Positions 28,354 through 36,949 of a DNA stretch of 52,930 nucleotides are shown one piece after another (position 1 is the stretch's first letter; each line of letters starts with the position of its first letter). Source of the stretch: a virus (lineage: Duplodnaviria > Caudoviricetes). The position numbers were made by a program, and so were the translations under genes. The notes below the pieces were generated by a model. That model did no database searches. It was not told the origin of the DNA and was given only the letters and a program-made list of their open reading frames with translations. Location of the stretch: IMG/VR virus record IMGVR_UViG_3300024305_000003, positions 1 through 52,930 of that record; one strand, given 5' to 3'.

Positions 28354-28860
28354 ATGGAACTAGCTGAACTGATTGCAGCCGTGAAGGCTGCGGCGACCAA
28401 GGACGCCCTCGAGTCGCTGGTGAAGGTCGAGCTGTCCCTCGATCTGGACAAGCGCAAGTCGCTGAAGGCGCTGCGCGCCGAGGTTCTGAAAGGGCTTGGC
28501 GAAACTGCCGAAGAAGAGGGCGGCGACGCAGATGGCGGCGACGCCAAAGGCGATGCCACCATTGGCGAAGGTTCGGGCCCGGCCGACAGTGCCGGTGACA
28601 CCACTGGCGCGCCTGCTGAGAATCCGGCTGCCACCACGGTCGCCACGGCTGTTGCTGCGCCCGCGCCCGCGCCTGCAGCAACCGCCAAACCGTCCGCGGT
28701 CCCTGTTCAGGCGCCAGTAACCCCGCCAGCCCTGGACGAGGCGCCTGCGCCCGCCCCAGCGCCCGTAGCAAGTAATCGCCTGCTGCGCAACAAGAGCACC
28801 GGTCGCACCTTCATCTGGACGCCCGCACTGGCAGCGCTGGCCGATTTGGAAGAGGTATAA
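28354..28860 (+). CDS. Hypothetical Ala/Pro-rich protein
   Basis: GGAG RBS; low-complexity linker. Confidence 0.6.
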   Translation: MELAELIAAVKAAATKDALESLVKVELSLDLDKRKSLKALRAEVLKGLGETAEEEGGDADGGDAKGDATIGEGSGPADSAGDTTGAPAENPAATTVATAVAAPAPAPAATAKPSAVPVQAPVTPPALDEAPAPAPAPVASNRLLRNKSTGRTFIWTPALAALADLEEV

Positions 28861-28863
28861 GCC

Positions 28864-29535
28864 GTGACCACTGTTGGTGACCTGCTGCGGCGGGCGCGCA
28901 CCGTCCTGCAGGAGATCACGCAGGACGGCACCCGCTGGACCAACCTCGAGCTGCTGGACTGGCTCAACGAGGCCTACGCGACTGTGCTGGCGATCCGTCC
29001 GAGCGCCAACGCCGTCAATGCCGAATTTGGCTGTGTCGCCGGTACGCGCCAGGAACTGCCGGCCCAGGCCGACCGGCTGCTGGGGGTGGTGCGCAACCTC
29101 TCCAGTAAGGCGCAAGGGTTGATCGTGACGCCAATCGACCGGGGCACGCTCGATGCAGCGCGTCGGCGCTGGCACGGTGAGCCGCAGACCGAGGCGATCG
29201 AGCACTTCGTCTTCGATGACCTTGATCCGCGCCGCTTCTACGTCTACCCGCCCGCTGCGGCGACGGCCAAGCTGGAAATCGTCTACTCGCGCGTGCCTGA
29301 GCCCCACGGGCAGAGCGAGGCACACTCCGATTCAGTCGAGGCGCTCCGGCTGCCGGAGAGCTACGCGCCGATCCTGCTGGACATGGTGCTTGCGCGCGCC
29401 TTCAGCAAGGACGCCGAGCACGCCGCGAACCTGCAGCGCGCTACGCTTCATTCGCAGTCGGCACAGGCCGCGCTGGGCTTGAAGATCCAGGGCGCCACAA
29501 CGTCCAGCCCTAACGCTCGCGAGGGGGCTCGATGA
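28864..29535 (+). CDS. Putative head-tail adaptor
   Basis: RWTNLELLDWLNEA and FYVYPP motifs; position after the capsid gene. Confidence 0.65.
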   Translation: MTTVGDLLRRARTVLQEITQDGTRWTNLELLDWLNEAYATVLAIRPSANAVNAEFGCVAGTRQELPAQADRLLGVVRNLSSKAQGLIVTPIDRGTLDAARRRWHGEPQTEAIEHFVFDDLDPRRFYVYPPAAATAKLEIVYSRVPEPHGQSEAHSDSVEALRLPESYAPILLDMVLARAFSKDAEHAANLQRATLHSQSAQAALGLKIQGATTSSPNAREGAR

Positions 29536-30098
29536 CCACGATCGCCGATCTGGTGGATGACCTGGTGCCGGAGGTGCCGGGCTGCCCTGCGTCGACGGTG
29601 CGTGATGCGCTGCGATGGGCGCAGCGTGAACTCTGCGCGGAAGGTAACGCTTGGATCGTTAGCGATGGGCCTGTTGTAGTTGGGGCAGATACACCGTTTG
29701 CCGAGGTGGAAGTGCCTTCTGGTGCCGATGCGCTGCGTATCGTGAGCCTGCTGCAAGGAGCGCGCGAACTGAAGCCGGGGCTGGATTACCGCCAGACCGG
29801 CAGCAACGGCGTCGAGTTTCTGCGTGCCACGCCCGACAGCAGCACGCTGCTGGGCTCTCTGGCGTGCAAGCCGGCACGCGGCCGGGACATGCCTGCCGAG
29901 CTGCTCGCCCGCTGGGAGGAGGCCATCAAGGATGGCGCCCGCTCGCGCCTGCTGACACTGCCTTACCCGTGGCGCGACCTCCAGCTATCGGAACACTACC
30001 GCCGCAAGTTCCTCGACGCCCAGGCCGGCGCTCGCTCGCTGGCCGCCAGCGGCTACCAGTCAGGCAGCGTCCGGATGCGAACCCGCAGCTTCGCCTGA
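29532..30098 (+). CDS. Putative adaptor/structural protein
   Basis: Coupled ORF, LVPEVPGCP...ELC. Confidence 0.55.
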   Translation: MTTIADLVDDLVPEVPGCPASTVRDALRWAQRELCAEGNAWIVSDGPVVVGADTPFAEVEVPSGADALRIVSLLQGARELKPGLDYRQTGSNGVEFLRATPDSSTLLGSLACKPARGRDMPAELLARWEEAIKDGARSRLLTLPYPWRDLQLSEHYRRKFLDAQAGARSLAASGYQSGSVRMRTRSFA

Positions 30099-30146
30099 TT
30101 CAACGAAACATCCCACATCCTGCATGTCAGCCCGGGAGGGCCACCT

Positions 30147-30551
30147 ATGTCCGCTTTTTCTGATTATCTTGAAAACAAGCTTGCCGACGTGACGCTGCGT
30201 GGCGGCACCTACTCAGGTGGTGCCGTGTTCATCGGTCTCTTCACCTCTGACCCGACCGATGCCGGAACGGGTGCCGAAGTGGCGGATTCCGCTTACCAGC
30301 GGCAGCAGGCGCACACCACCGTCACTTCCGACGGCTTCACTGCGCCGGCGAACGGGGCTTGCAGCAACACACGCACCATCGTCTTCCCGGCCATCGTGGA
30401 TGCGCAAACCACGGTCACCCACTGGGGCATCTTCGATGCTCAGGCTGCCGGAAATCTGCTGTACCACTCGGCAATGCTTAACCCGAAAACCCTGGACCCG
30501 ACTGACGTGGTGTCCTTCCCGATCGGCTCGCTCTCTGTCGTGCTGAGCTAA
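30147..30551 (+). CDS. Virion structural protein (fibre-associated)
   Basis: SDYLENKL...LFTSDP...YQRQ...THWGIFDA...GNLL pattern. Confidence 0.6.
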   Translation: MSAFSDYLENKLADVTLRGGTYSGGAVFIGLFTSDPTDAGTGAEVADSAYQRQQAHTTVTSDGFTAPANGACSNTRTIVFPAIVDAQTTVTHWGIFDAQAAGNLLYHSAMLNPKTLDPTDVVSFPIGSLSVVLS

Positions 30552-30555
30552 GCCC

Positions 30556-31815
30556 ATGCACCTGTTCGGTAGGTCGCTACTAGGGGGCGCGCTTGTTGCG
30601 GGGTATGTCACCGTATCAGGAGTGGCGGCCTGTAGCGCCACCGCAACAGGCGAGGCGCAGGTTCACTACAAAGGGGCGGGGCTTGCAGAAGTCAGCGCAT
30701 CCGCTTTCGGCGAAGCGCTTCGCGACGCCTCGACCCAGGGCAACGCCGCACAGGCTATCGCCCAAGCCGCTGCGCAGCCTGTAGCGTTCTACCGCGCCGC
30801 TGGCGTAGCGCAGGTCAGCTCCCTGGCTCAGGGCGCTGCGCAGGCCTCGTTCTTTGGCGAAGGTGTGGCGCAATCCGATGCCTACGCAGCAGGCCGCTTG
30901 CAGCGGCGTGTACGCATGCCGTTTCAGCCGCCAGCCAAGGCGGTCGCTTCAGCCCATGGCGAAGTTGTCAGCTACGTGCTGGCCTACGGTCGCCCGGCGT
31001 ATGCTCGAGCAAGGCTGGTGGGCACCACCTACCACGTCGGGCGAGGTGTCGCGCAAGCGACTGCCGCCTTGTTCGGTGATGCGCAAAAGCAGATCGGGGG
31101 GCGCCAGTTCGCTCACGCGCAGGCATCAGCGTTCGGTACTCAGGTGTATATCGCCGGCGCCGCCGGCAACGGCATGGCCATCGCAGAGGCCAATGCCGAC
31201 GCTGCCGTGACGAAAGGAGGTGTTCGGCACTTCGAGCTGTTCGGAACGGCCAGGGCAACCGCCCAGGCCAGCCTGAGCCATGTGTTGATCTACCAGCCCC
31301 AGGTCATGCGCGCCGTCGCTCACGCTTACGGTTGCGCCGTACAGATTCGCGGATTCGCCGGGAAAGGAATCGCCACGGCCAAAGCGACCGGCTACATGGA
31401 CATGACCTATACCGGCCAGGAAGGCGAGCCCGCATCGGTCACCGCAACGGCAAGCGGCTACGGTGTTCGGCACGTTTTCGCGGCCGGCATGGCGAATTGC
31501 ACTGCGCAAGGCTTCGGCAGCGCCATCGCCGAGTTCCGTGCTGCTGGCAGTGCAGTCTTGGCCGCAGAGGCGCAAGCCCGGACGATGCATCTCATGCTTG
31601 CCAATCAACCCGCTGCTGAAGCCTTGGCCACTACCCGCGGGCGAGCGCAGCGGATCGTCATCGCCGGCGGCGTCACCGCTCAAGCTGTTGCCGAGGCATC
31701 TGGCTACAACCAGATCAACGACCTATCCAAAGCGCCTTCTTCTCGCACGGTGATGGTCGCTTACGCCGGCCGAGTGAGCGCCATCGAGGCCGAGCCTCGC
31801 ACAATCAGGATTTGA
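30556..31815 (+). CDS. Ala/Gly-rich putative fibre/structural protein
   Basis: 419 aa, repetitive A/G composition. Confidence 0.55.
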   Translation: MHLFGRSLLGGALVAGYVTVSGVAACSATATGEAQVHYKGAGLAEVSASAFGEALRDASTQGNAAQAIAQAAAQPVAFYRAAGVAQVSSLAQGAAQASFFGEGVAQSDAYAAGRLQRRVRMPFQPPAKAVASAHGEVVSYVLAYGRPAYARARLVGTTYHVGRGVAQATAALFGDAQKQIGGRQFAHAQASAFGTQVYIAGAAGNGMAIAEANADAAVTKGGVRHFELFGTARATAQASLSHVLIYQPQVMRAVAHAYGCAVQIRGFAGKGIATAKATGYMDMTYTGQEGEPASVTATASGYGVRHVFAAGMANCTAQGFGSAIAEFRAAGSAVLAAEAQARTMHLMLANQPAAEALATTRGRAQRIVIAGGVTAQAVAEASGYNQINDLSKAPSSRTVMVAYAGRVSAIEAEPRTIRI

Positions 31816-31816
31816 G

Positions 31817-32134
31817 ATGGACGTATTTTCCAAGCAGCCAAATGACGTCCTGGATTACGACGTTGACCTGACCGACTGGTTTGCCGATATCGCGGACGAC
31901 GATATCGAGTCGGTCGAGATTACCGTCGCCAGCACAGCGGAGCCGGTACCGGCATTGGTGCTGGGCCCGGCGCCGCACAATCCCTACGTTCTGCTGGGCG
32001 CAAGCCCGCAGCGCTTCAAGCTGTGGCTGGGGGGCGGCACGCACTTCGTCGATTACATCGTGACCTGCGTCGTGCGCACCGAGCAGGACCGGGTTAAAGA
32101 AGTCGAGTTCAAGATCAAGGTGCGTGACAAATGA
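31817..32134 (+). CDS. Putative fibre adaptor
   Basis: KQPNDVLDYDVD...WLGGG...GD/RVKEVEFKIKV pattern. Confidence 0.55.
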   Translation: MDVFSKQPNDVLDYDVDLTDWFADIADDDIESVEITVASTAEPVPALVLGPAPHNPYVLLGASPQRFKLWLGGGTHFVDYIVTCVVRTEQDRVKEVEFKIKVRDK

Positions 32135-33645
32135 GCTATGCCAATTTCGTAGAAACGCAGCTGGACGGGCCGTTGACGGCTGAAGGCCTTAGCCTGCTGC
32201 TTCAGCCTGCTCAGGCGCCATACCAGCTACCGCCTGCTGACGGCGGCGTGCTCGTGCTGGCGGACAGCATGGGCAAGCCTGCCGCTGTGGAAATCATCCG
32301 CTATGCCGCGCGTGACGGCCTGACCCTCACCGGGCTGGAGCGGGGGCTCGAAGGGACGGTTGCGCTGAACTGGCCCGGCAACAGCTACTGCTATCAGTCG
32401 CTGACGGCGGGCGGCTTCGAGGCGGTAAAAGAGATCATCGATGTCCATGTCGCCGACCAGAACCCACACCCGCAGTATCTGGTTGCCGAATCCGCCGTAA
32501 GCCTCGAAGGCCCGACCGGCATCTACATTGCGCAGAGCGTGCAATTCCAAATCACCGACTACGACGTGTTCAGTGGCTACCTGGTCCAGGTCTCGGCCGG
32601 CACCGCCAGCATTGCCGGCAGCACGATCAGTTTCACCGCGCCCATGGAGGCGGGCAGCGTGACGCTGACCGTATTCGCGGGCGACTACCGGCGCGACATC
32701 ACGCTGGAGATCCTGCCGGAGCGCCCTGCGGCGCCGGTCATCACATCACCGGAAGCCACCGGCGTCATGGGCAACCCGACGCTATCGACCGGCCCCTTCG
32801 CCCTGATCGGGCCGAACACCGACACCCATGCGGCGACCGACTGGGAAATCTGGACGGGGGCAGGGCGCACCGGGACGCTGGTCTGGTCCTCGCTGAACAA
32901 CTCCACCAGCAAGCTGAGCATCACGCTGCCGGAAAACACGCTGACCGTCGCGACGGACTACCACATGGCGGTTCGGCACATTGGCACAACGTTCGGCGCG
33001 GGCGAGTGGGCAGAGCTGGCGTTTCGGACGGCTGATCAGTTCCTGCCGACCGTCATCGGGCAGGCCTTTGGCGGCGGGTTCTACGCGGGCAAGATCCGCT
33101 ACGCCGATGGCGACTACATCATTATCGTCGCGCCCAAATCTGCCGAGGCCACTCTGGCTCACAAGACGGCGAACAGCGCGACCGCTGGGACGTCGAGCTA
33201 TCACGACGGCCTGGCGAACAGCAACAGCATGAACAACGCCACGCACCCGGCGGCCCAGTATTGCCGCGCCTACAACGGTGGCGGCTTTACCGATTGGCAC
33301 CTGCCCGCGCGCGACCAGTTGGAGTTGTTGTATCGGAACCTCAAGCCAGACACTACGGCGAACATCACTGGCTCGCGCGCCGAGGCCGGCAACCATGGTG
33401 ATAACGCCAACAGCGTCCCGGTTGGCGCTTCGTATACGACCGGCAGCCCGGCCCAGACATCGGCCGCAGCGTTCAAGACGGGCGGAGCCGAGGCATTCGC
33501 AGTGCCTACCTGGTACTGGACCTCGACTGAGTACGCTCCCAACACCAGCGCCGCCTGGGTCCAGCGCTTCAGCGATGGCGGCCAGAGCTTCAGCAACAAG
33601 GCCGTTGCGTATCTGGTGCGCCCCGTCCGCAGATTGAAAATTTAG
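32131..33645 (+). CDS. DGR target protein 1: tail-fibre/receptor-binding-like protein with C-terminal CLec (DUF1566-like) domain
   Basis: 504 aa in the tail module; Ig/FN3-like middle; C-terminal WHLPARDQL, WYWTST and VRPVRR; contains VR1. Confidence 0.88.
   Translation: MSYANFVETQLDGPLTAEGLSLLLQPAQAPYQLPPADGGVLVLADSMGKPAAVEIIRYAARDGLTLTGLERGLEGTVALNWPGNSYCYQSLTAGGFEAVKEIIDVHVADQNPHPQYLVAESAVSLEGPTGIYIAQSVQFQITDYDVFSGYLVQVSAGTASIAGSTISFTAPMEAGSVTLTVFAGDYRRDITLEILPERPAAPVITSPEATGVMGNPTLSTGPFALIGPNTDTHAATDWEIWTGAGRTGTLVWSSLNNSTSKLSITLPENTLTVATDYHMAVRHIGTTFGAGEWAELAFRTADQFLPTVIGQAFGGGFYAGKIRYADGDYIIIVAPKSAEATLAHKTANSATAGTSSYHDGLANSNSMNNATHPAAQYCRAYNGGGFTDWHLPARDQLELLYRNLKPDTTANITGSRAEAGNHGDNANSVPVGASYTTGSPAQTSAAAFKTGGAEAFAVPTWYWTSTEYAPNTSAAWVQRFSDGGQSFSNKAVAYLVRPVRRLKI
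33523..33634 (+). repeat. DGR variable region VR1
   Basis: 112-nt ungapped match to the TR with 13 mismatches, all opposite TR adenines. Confidence 0.97.
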
Positions 33646-33661
33646 CCTTTGACCCTTTGAT

Positions 33662-33679
33662 GCCCGCGCTTGCGCGGGC
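33662..33679 (+). promoter_or_regulatory. DGR target-1 downstream hairpin (GCCCGCG-CTTG-CGCGGGC)
   Basis: Perfect GC stem 16 nt after the stop codon of the VR1 gene. Confidence 0.75.
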
Positions 33680-33698
33680 TAGAGCCTGCAGTTTGCAC

Positions 33699-34109
33699 AT
33701 GTCCAAATCGAAAAACCTGCCGATCTACCGCGCCAGCTACGAGTTGTTGAGCCTGGTCACCGAGCTTATTCGTCACTTCGCCCGCGACTTTCGCCCATCG
33801 CTGGGTCAGCGCCTGCACAACGAGGCCGTACTGCTGGTGCTGATGATCTATCGCGCCAATGCGGCGGAGGACAAGCTGCCCTACATCGGCAAGCTGCTGG
33901 AAACGCTGCAGGTGGTGGAGATGCTGCTGCAGCTGTCCGCTGACCTCAAGCTGATCAGCCTGAAGCAATACGCCCGCTCCGCAGAGCTGACCGCCGATAT
34001 CGGCAGGCAGGCTGGCGGATGGCAAAAGTTCGCCGCGAGCGGTAACGCCTCGCGCAAACATCATGTCAGCAGGCTCAACGCGTCGCCCGCTGCTGGATTG
34101 CCACGGTGA
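33699..34109 (+). CDS. avd: DGR accessory variability determinant (four-helix bundle)
   Basis: NLPIYRASYELL...FRPSLGQRL...IGRQAGGWQK; lies between VR1 and the TR. Confidence 0.88.
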   Translation: MSKSKNLPIYRASYELLSLVTELIRHFARDFRPSLGQRLHNEAVLLVLMIYRANAAEDKLPYIGKLLETLQVVEMLLQLSADLKLISLKQYARSAELTADIGRQAGGWQKFAASGNASRKHHVSRLNASPAAGLPR

Positions 34110-34257
34110 TCCTTCCCGCGCGATTTATCTGGTTGCGTCCCTGGGCTGCGGCCCACGACAGGCCCTTGCGAAACCGCTGCACCATTGCAGCAGGTCTACG
34201 GGCAGTTTCCCGGCTGATCGGCACACGCCTTCGGCTGGGCGACGTGAAGACGCAACT

Positions 34258-34369
34258 TCGACTGAGTACGCTCCCAACACCAACAACGCCTGGATCCAGC
34301 GCTTCAGCGATGGCAACCAGAACAACAACAACAAGACCAATGCGTATCTGGTGCGCCCCGTCCGCAGAT
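34258..34369 (+). ncRNA. DGR template repeat (TR)
   Basis: Non-coding, AAC-rich copy of both VRs (33 A, 9 AAY codons) between avd and RT; diverges from the VRs after CCGCAGAT (IMH*). Confidence 0.96.
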
Positions 34370-34391
34370 AACCCCGCAGGGGCCTGCTGAC

Positions 34392-35492
34392 ATGACCCCA
34401 ACCATGGAAGAAATCGTGGTCGCCTACAGCGACTGCAGGAAAGGCAAGCGCAACACCGACAGCGCGATCGCCTTCGAGCTGCGCCTGGCGCGCAATCTGT
34501 GCCGGCTGCGCGATGACCTGGCGTCCGGCCGGTACCGGATCGGCGCGAGCCGCTGTTTCGTGGTCACCAACCCGAAGCCTCGCGAGGTGTGGGCTGCTGC
34601 GTTCCGTGACCGAATCGTCCACCACATTATGTACAACCGGATCGCGCCGGCTTTCGAGGCCTCGTTCTCGGCGGCAAGCTGCGCCTGCATCCCGGGTCGT
34701 GGAACGCTGTACGGCGCCAAGCGGCTGGAGCGCCAGGTTCGCAGCGTTACGCAGAACTGGTCTCGCCGCGCCTACTACCTGAAGCTGGATCTCTCGAACT
34801 TCTTCGTGTCGATTCATCGGCCGACCCTGTTCGGGCTGCTCGAGCCGAAGCTGGGTAGCGGCTGGACCCGAAGCATTACCGAGCAGATCCTTTTTCACGA
34901 TCCGCTTCCAGAGGTCGACGTGCGCAGCCCGCCTGAGCTGATGGCCCTGGTTCCTCGACACAAGAGCCTGTTCCACGCAGCAGAAGGATGCGGCCTACCA
35001 ATCGGCAACCTGTCGTCGCAGTTCTTCGCCAACGTCTACCTGAACGCCCTGGACCAGTTCATCGGGCACCGAATCAAGCCGAAGGGCTACATCCGCTACG
35101 TCGACGACTTCATCCTGCTGCACGAAAGCACCGAGTGGCTGGCCGAGGCCAAGGGGCGCATTGAGGCGTTTCTGGACTCGCGCCTGCGGGCCGCAATCAA
35201 CCCGACCAAGACCGTACTGCAGCCAATCGATCGCGGCGTCGATTTCGTCGGCCAGGTCGTAAAGCCGTGGCGGCGCGTCCTGCGGGGCCGGATGTTGCCG
35301 TCCGCCATCCGCCGGGTTGCCGCGGCTGGGGATCCGGACTCCCGACGCAGCAGCGCCAACAGCTACCTCGGCCTGATGCGCCAGTGCGGCGCCTTCCGAG
35401 AGCGAGCAGATATCGCACGCCTCATGCTGCGCCACGGGCACCCCGTTGACGCCAAGTTTACCCGCGCCTACGCGCACGCTGGAGACCTGTAA
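34392..35492 (+). CDS. DGR reverse transcriptase
   Basis: 366 aa; FRDRIVHH, LKLDLSNFF, GLPIGNLSSQFFAN (DGR-type SQ), YIRYVDDF and GVDFVG; uninterrupted. Confidence 0.96.
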   Translation: MTPTMEEIVVAYSDCRKGKRNTDSAIAFELRLARNLCRLRDDLASGRYRIGASRCFVVTNPKPREVWAAAFRDRIVHHIMYNRIAPAFEASFSAASCACIPGRGTLYGAKRLERQVRSVTQNWSRRAYYLKLDLSNFFVSIHRPTLFGLLEPKLGSGWTRSITEQILFHDPLPEVDVRSPPELMALVPRHKSLFHAAEGCGLPIGNLSSQFFANVYLNALDQFIGHRIKPKGYIRYVDDFILLHESTEWLAEAKGRIEAFLDSRLRAAINPTKTVLQPIDRGVDFVGQVVKPWRRVLRGRMLPSAIRRVAAAGDPDSRRSSANSYLGLMRQCGAFRERADIARLMLRHGHPVDAKFTRAYAHAGDL

Positions 35493-36119
35493 ATGCGCTA
35501 CTTGAATTTCACCTACGTCGATGCAGTGACGGGTCGCCCAGTCAGCGAGACCGCCGCGCGCAACGGCCCGAAAATGCCCGCGGTTGCCGGCTTGCAGTTC
35601 GGCTTCGCGCTTGAATCGCTGTACCCGGCCGTCGTGCCGTCGCTGTACGGAACGTGCGAGGACGGCGCCTCGCTGGATGCGCCTGGCGTGCTTGGCGAGC
35701 TGACGCTTGAGCAGTACGAGGCTGCTCGCGAGACCGAGATGGCCAGTCGCCTGACGCAAGCGAAGGTCGCGGCCATCGCAGCAAACAATGCGGCGTACGA
35801 GGCCGCCATCGCCCTGATGACGGCCGACTATCCCGCCTCTGAAATCGCCACCTGGGAGCGGCAGCGGGCCGAAGCATTGGCCTGGGAAGCGGACCCGGCA
35901 GCGCCGACGCCATGGATTGATCTGGCGGCCTCTGCCCGCGGCCTGGACCGCGATCAGTACCTGTCTCGGACGCTGGCCAAGGTGCAGGCTTTCGCGCGTG
36001 CTTCCGCATGGCTGACAGGGCTGAGGCAGGGCGCAGACGACGCAATCCGCGCAGCCGATTCGGTCGCAGCGGTGCACGCCGTCGCCATCGATTACACCTT
36101 GCCGGAGAGCGCCGCATGA
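35493..36119 (+). CDS. Tail-fibre-associated hypothetical protein
   Basis: YPASEIATWERQRAEALAW motif typical of fibre-assembly-type proteins; abuts the RT stop. Confidence 0.55.
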   Translation: MRYLNFTYVDAVTGRPVSETAARNGPKMPAVAGLQFGFALESLYPAVVPSLYGTCEDGASLDAPGVLGELTLEQYEAARETEMASRLTQAKVAAIAANNAAYEAAIALMTADYPASEIATWERQRAEALAWEADPAAPTPWIDLAASARGLDRDQYLSRTLAKVQAFARASAWLTGLRQGADDAIRAADSVAAVHAVAIDYTLPESAA

Positions 36120-36568
36120 CCGTCCAGCTTGCATTGCGAAAGCGCGACACCCGCATCGCCGCCCGCGTAATCCAATGGTGGACCGGCTCGATTTACAGCC
36201 ATTGCGAGCTGGTGATCGACGGCTGGTGCTACTCCAGCTCGGCGATGGATGGCGGGGTTCGCCGCAAGCGCATCGACCTCGACCCGGAGAAGTGGGACGT
36301 GGCGCCGCTGCCCTGGGCGGACGATCAGCGGGCGCTGGATTACTTTACCGCGACTGACCACCACCGGTACGGCTGGACGGGCCTGGTACTGAGCCAGCTT
36401 CTCAACCTCAACCGCTCCACTGATAAAGCTCAGTTCTGCAGCCAGTGGTGCGCAGCTGCGCTGGGTCTGCGCTGGGTCTGCCCAGCCCGGCCAGCTATAG
36501 CCCGGCCACGCTGGGCGCCATCTGCGGCTTCGTGGGAAGCCTTCTCGCCGCCTGACCCGTCGACGTAA
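36116..36568 (+). pseudogene. Permuted papain-like (NlpC/P60-related) protein with C-terminal frameshift
   Basis: YSHCELV...FCSQWCA motifs; an 11-bp tandem duplication at 36456-36481 shifts the last ~25 codons (restored stop at 36555). Confidence 0.55.
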
Positions 36569-36572
36569 AACC

Positions 36573-36597
36573 AGACCCGCCACGGCGGGTTTTTTAA
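36573..36597 (+). terminator. Intrinsic terminator
   Basis: ACCCGCC-AC-GGCGGGT followed by a T tract. Confidence 0.7.
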
Positions 36598-36613
36598 TGA
36601 CTGGAGATCCTGC

Positions 36614-36949
36614 ATGACCCTTGGCCAGAAACAGCGCCACTTCACCCGCCTGATTGGCTTGCTCATCGAATGGGCGTACCAGAATGGATACGAACTGACG
36701 TTCGGCGACGCCTACCGCGACCCGCGCCTGCATGGGCAGGTCGGCGAAAAGAAGTCGTACAGCTCGGCCGGCAGCCTGCACAAGGAGCGGCTCGCCTGCG
36801 ATTTCAACCTGTTCAAGGACGGGCAGTACCTGACCCGGACCGAGGATTACAGGCCGCTCGGCGAATACTGGGAGTCGCTGGGGGGCGCCTGGGGCGGGCG
36901 CTTCAACGACGGCAACCACTTCAGCCTCCAGCACGGTGGCCGCAAATGA
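36614..36949 (+). CDS. M15-family peptidase endolysin
   Basis: SLHKERLACD and WGGRFNDGNHFS Zn-binding motifs. Confidence 0.85.
   Translation: MTLGQKQRHFTRLIGLLIEWAYQNGYELTFGDAYRDPRLHGQVGEKKSYSSAGSLHKERLACDFNLFKDGQYLTRTEDYRPLGEYWESLGGAWGGRFNDGNHFSLQHGGRK

Noticed and set aside
21799-28688. Long antisense ORFs (e.g. 21799-23490, 23963-26233, 27285-28688; likewise 44949-47321)
   Set aside because: Shadow ORFs of high-GC3 sense genes, with no motifs or RBS.
34318-34336. (AAC)n microsatellite or CRISPR-like repeat
   Set aside because: Explained by TR Asn codons. No repeat-spacer array was seen anywhere in the window.
34063-34390. ORFs across the TR (34063-34371, 34106-34390) as a third target gene
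   Set aside because: These are by-products of the TR reading frame. They lack the upstream CLec domain and the IMH, and retain all adenines.
34392-35492. RT as a group II intron, retron or Abi RT
   Set aside because: It is short, has no maturase or endonuclease extension, carries the SQ motif, and is flanked by avd and a TR/VR set with A-only mismatches, so it is a DGR RT.
36670-36945. N-terminal extension of the 632-aa ORF, and similar upstream extensions at 5436-6506, 13857-14504, 17367, 18655 and 20365
   Set aside because: They overlap real genes or regulatory DNA; downstream starts with an RBS or stop-start coupling fit better.
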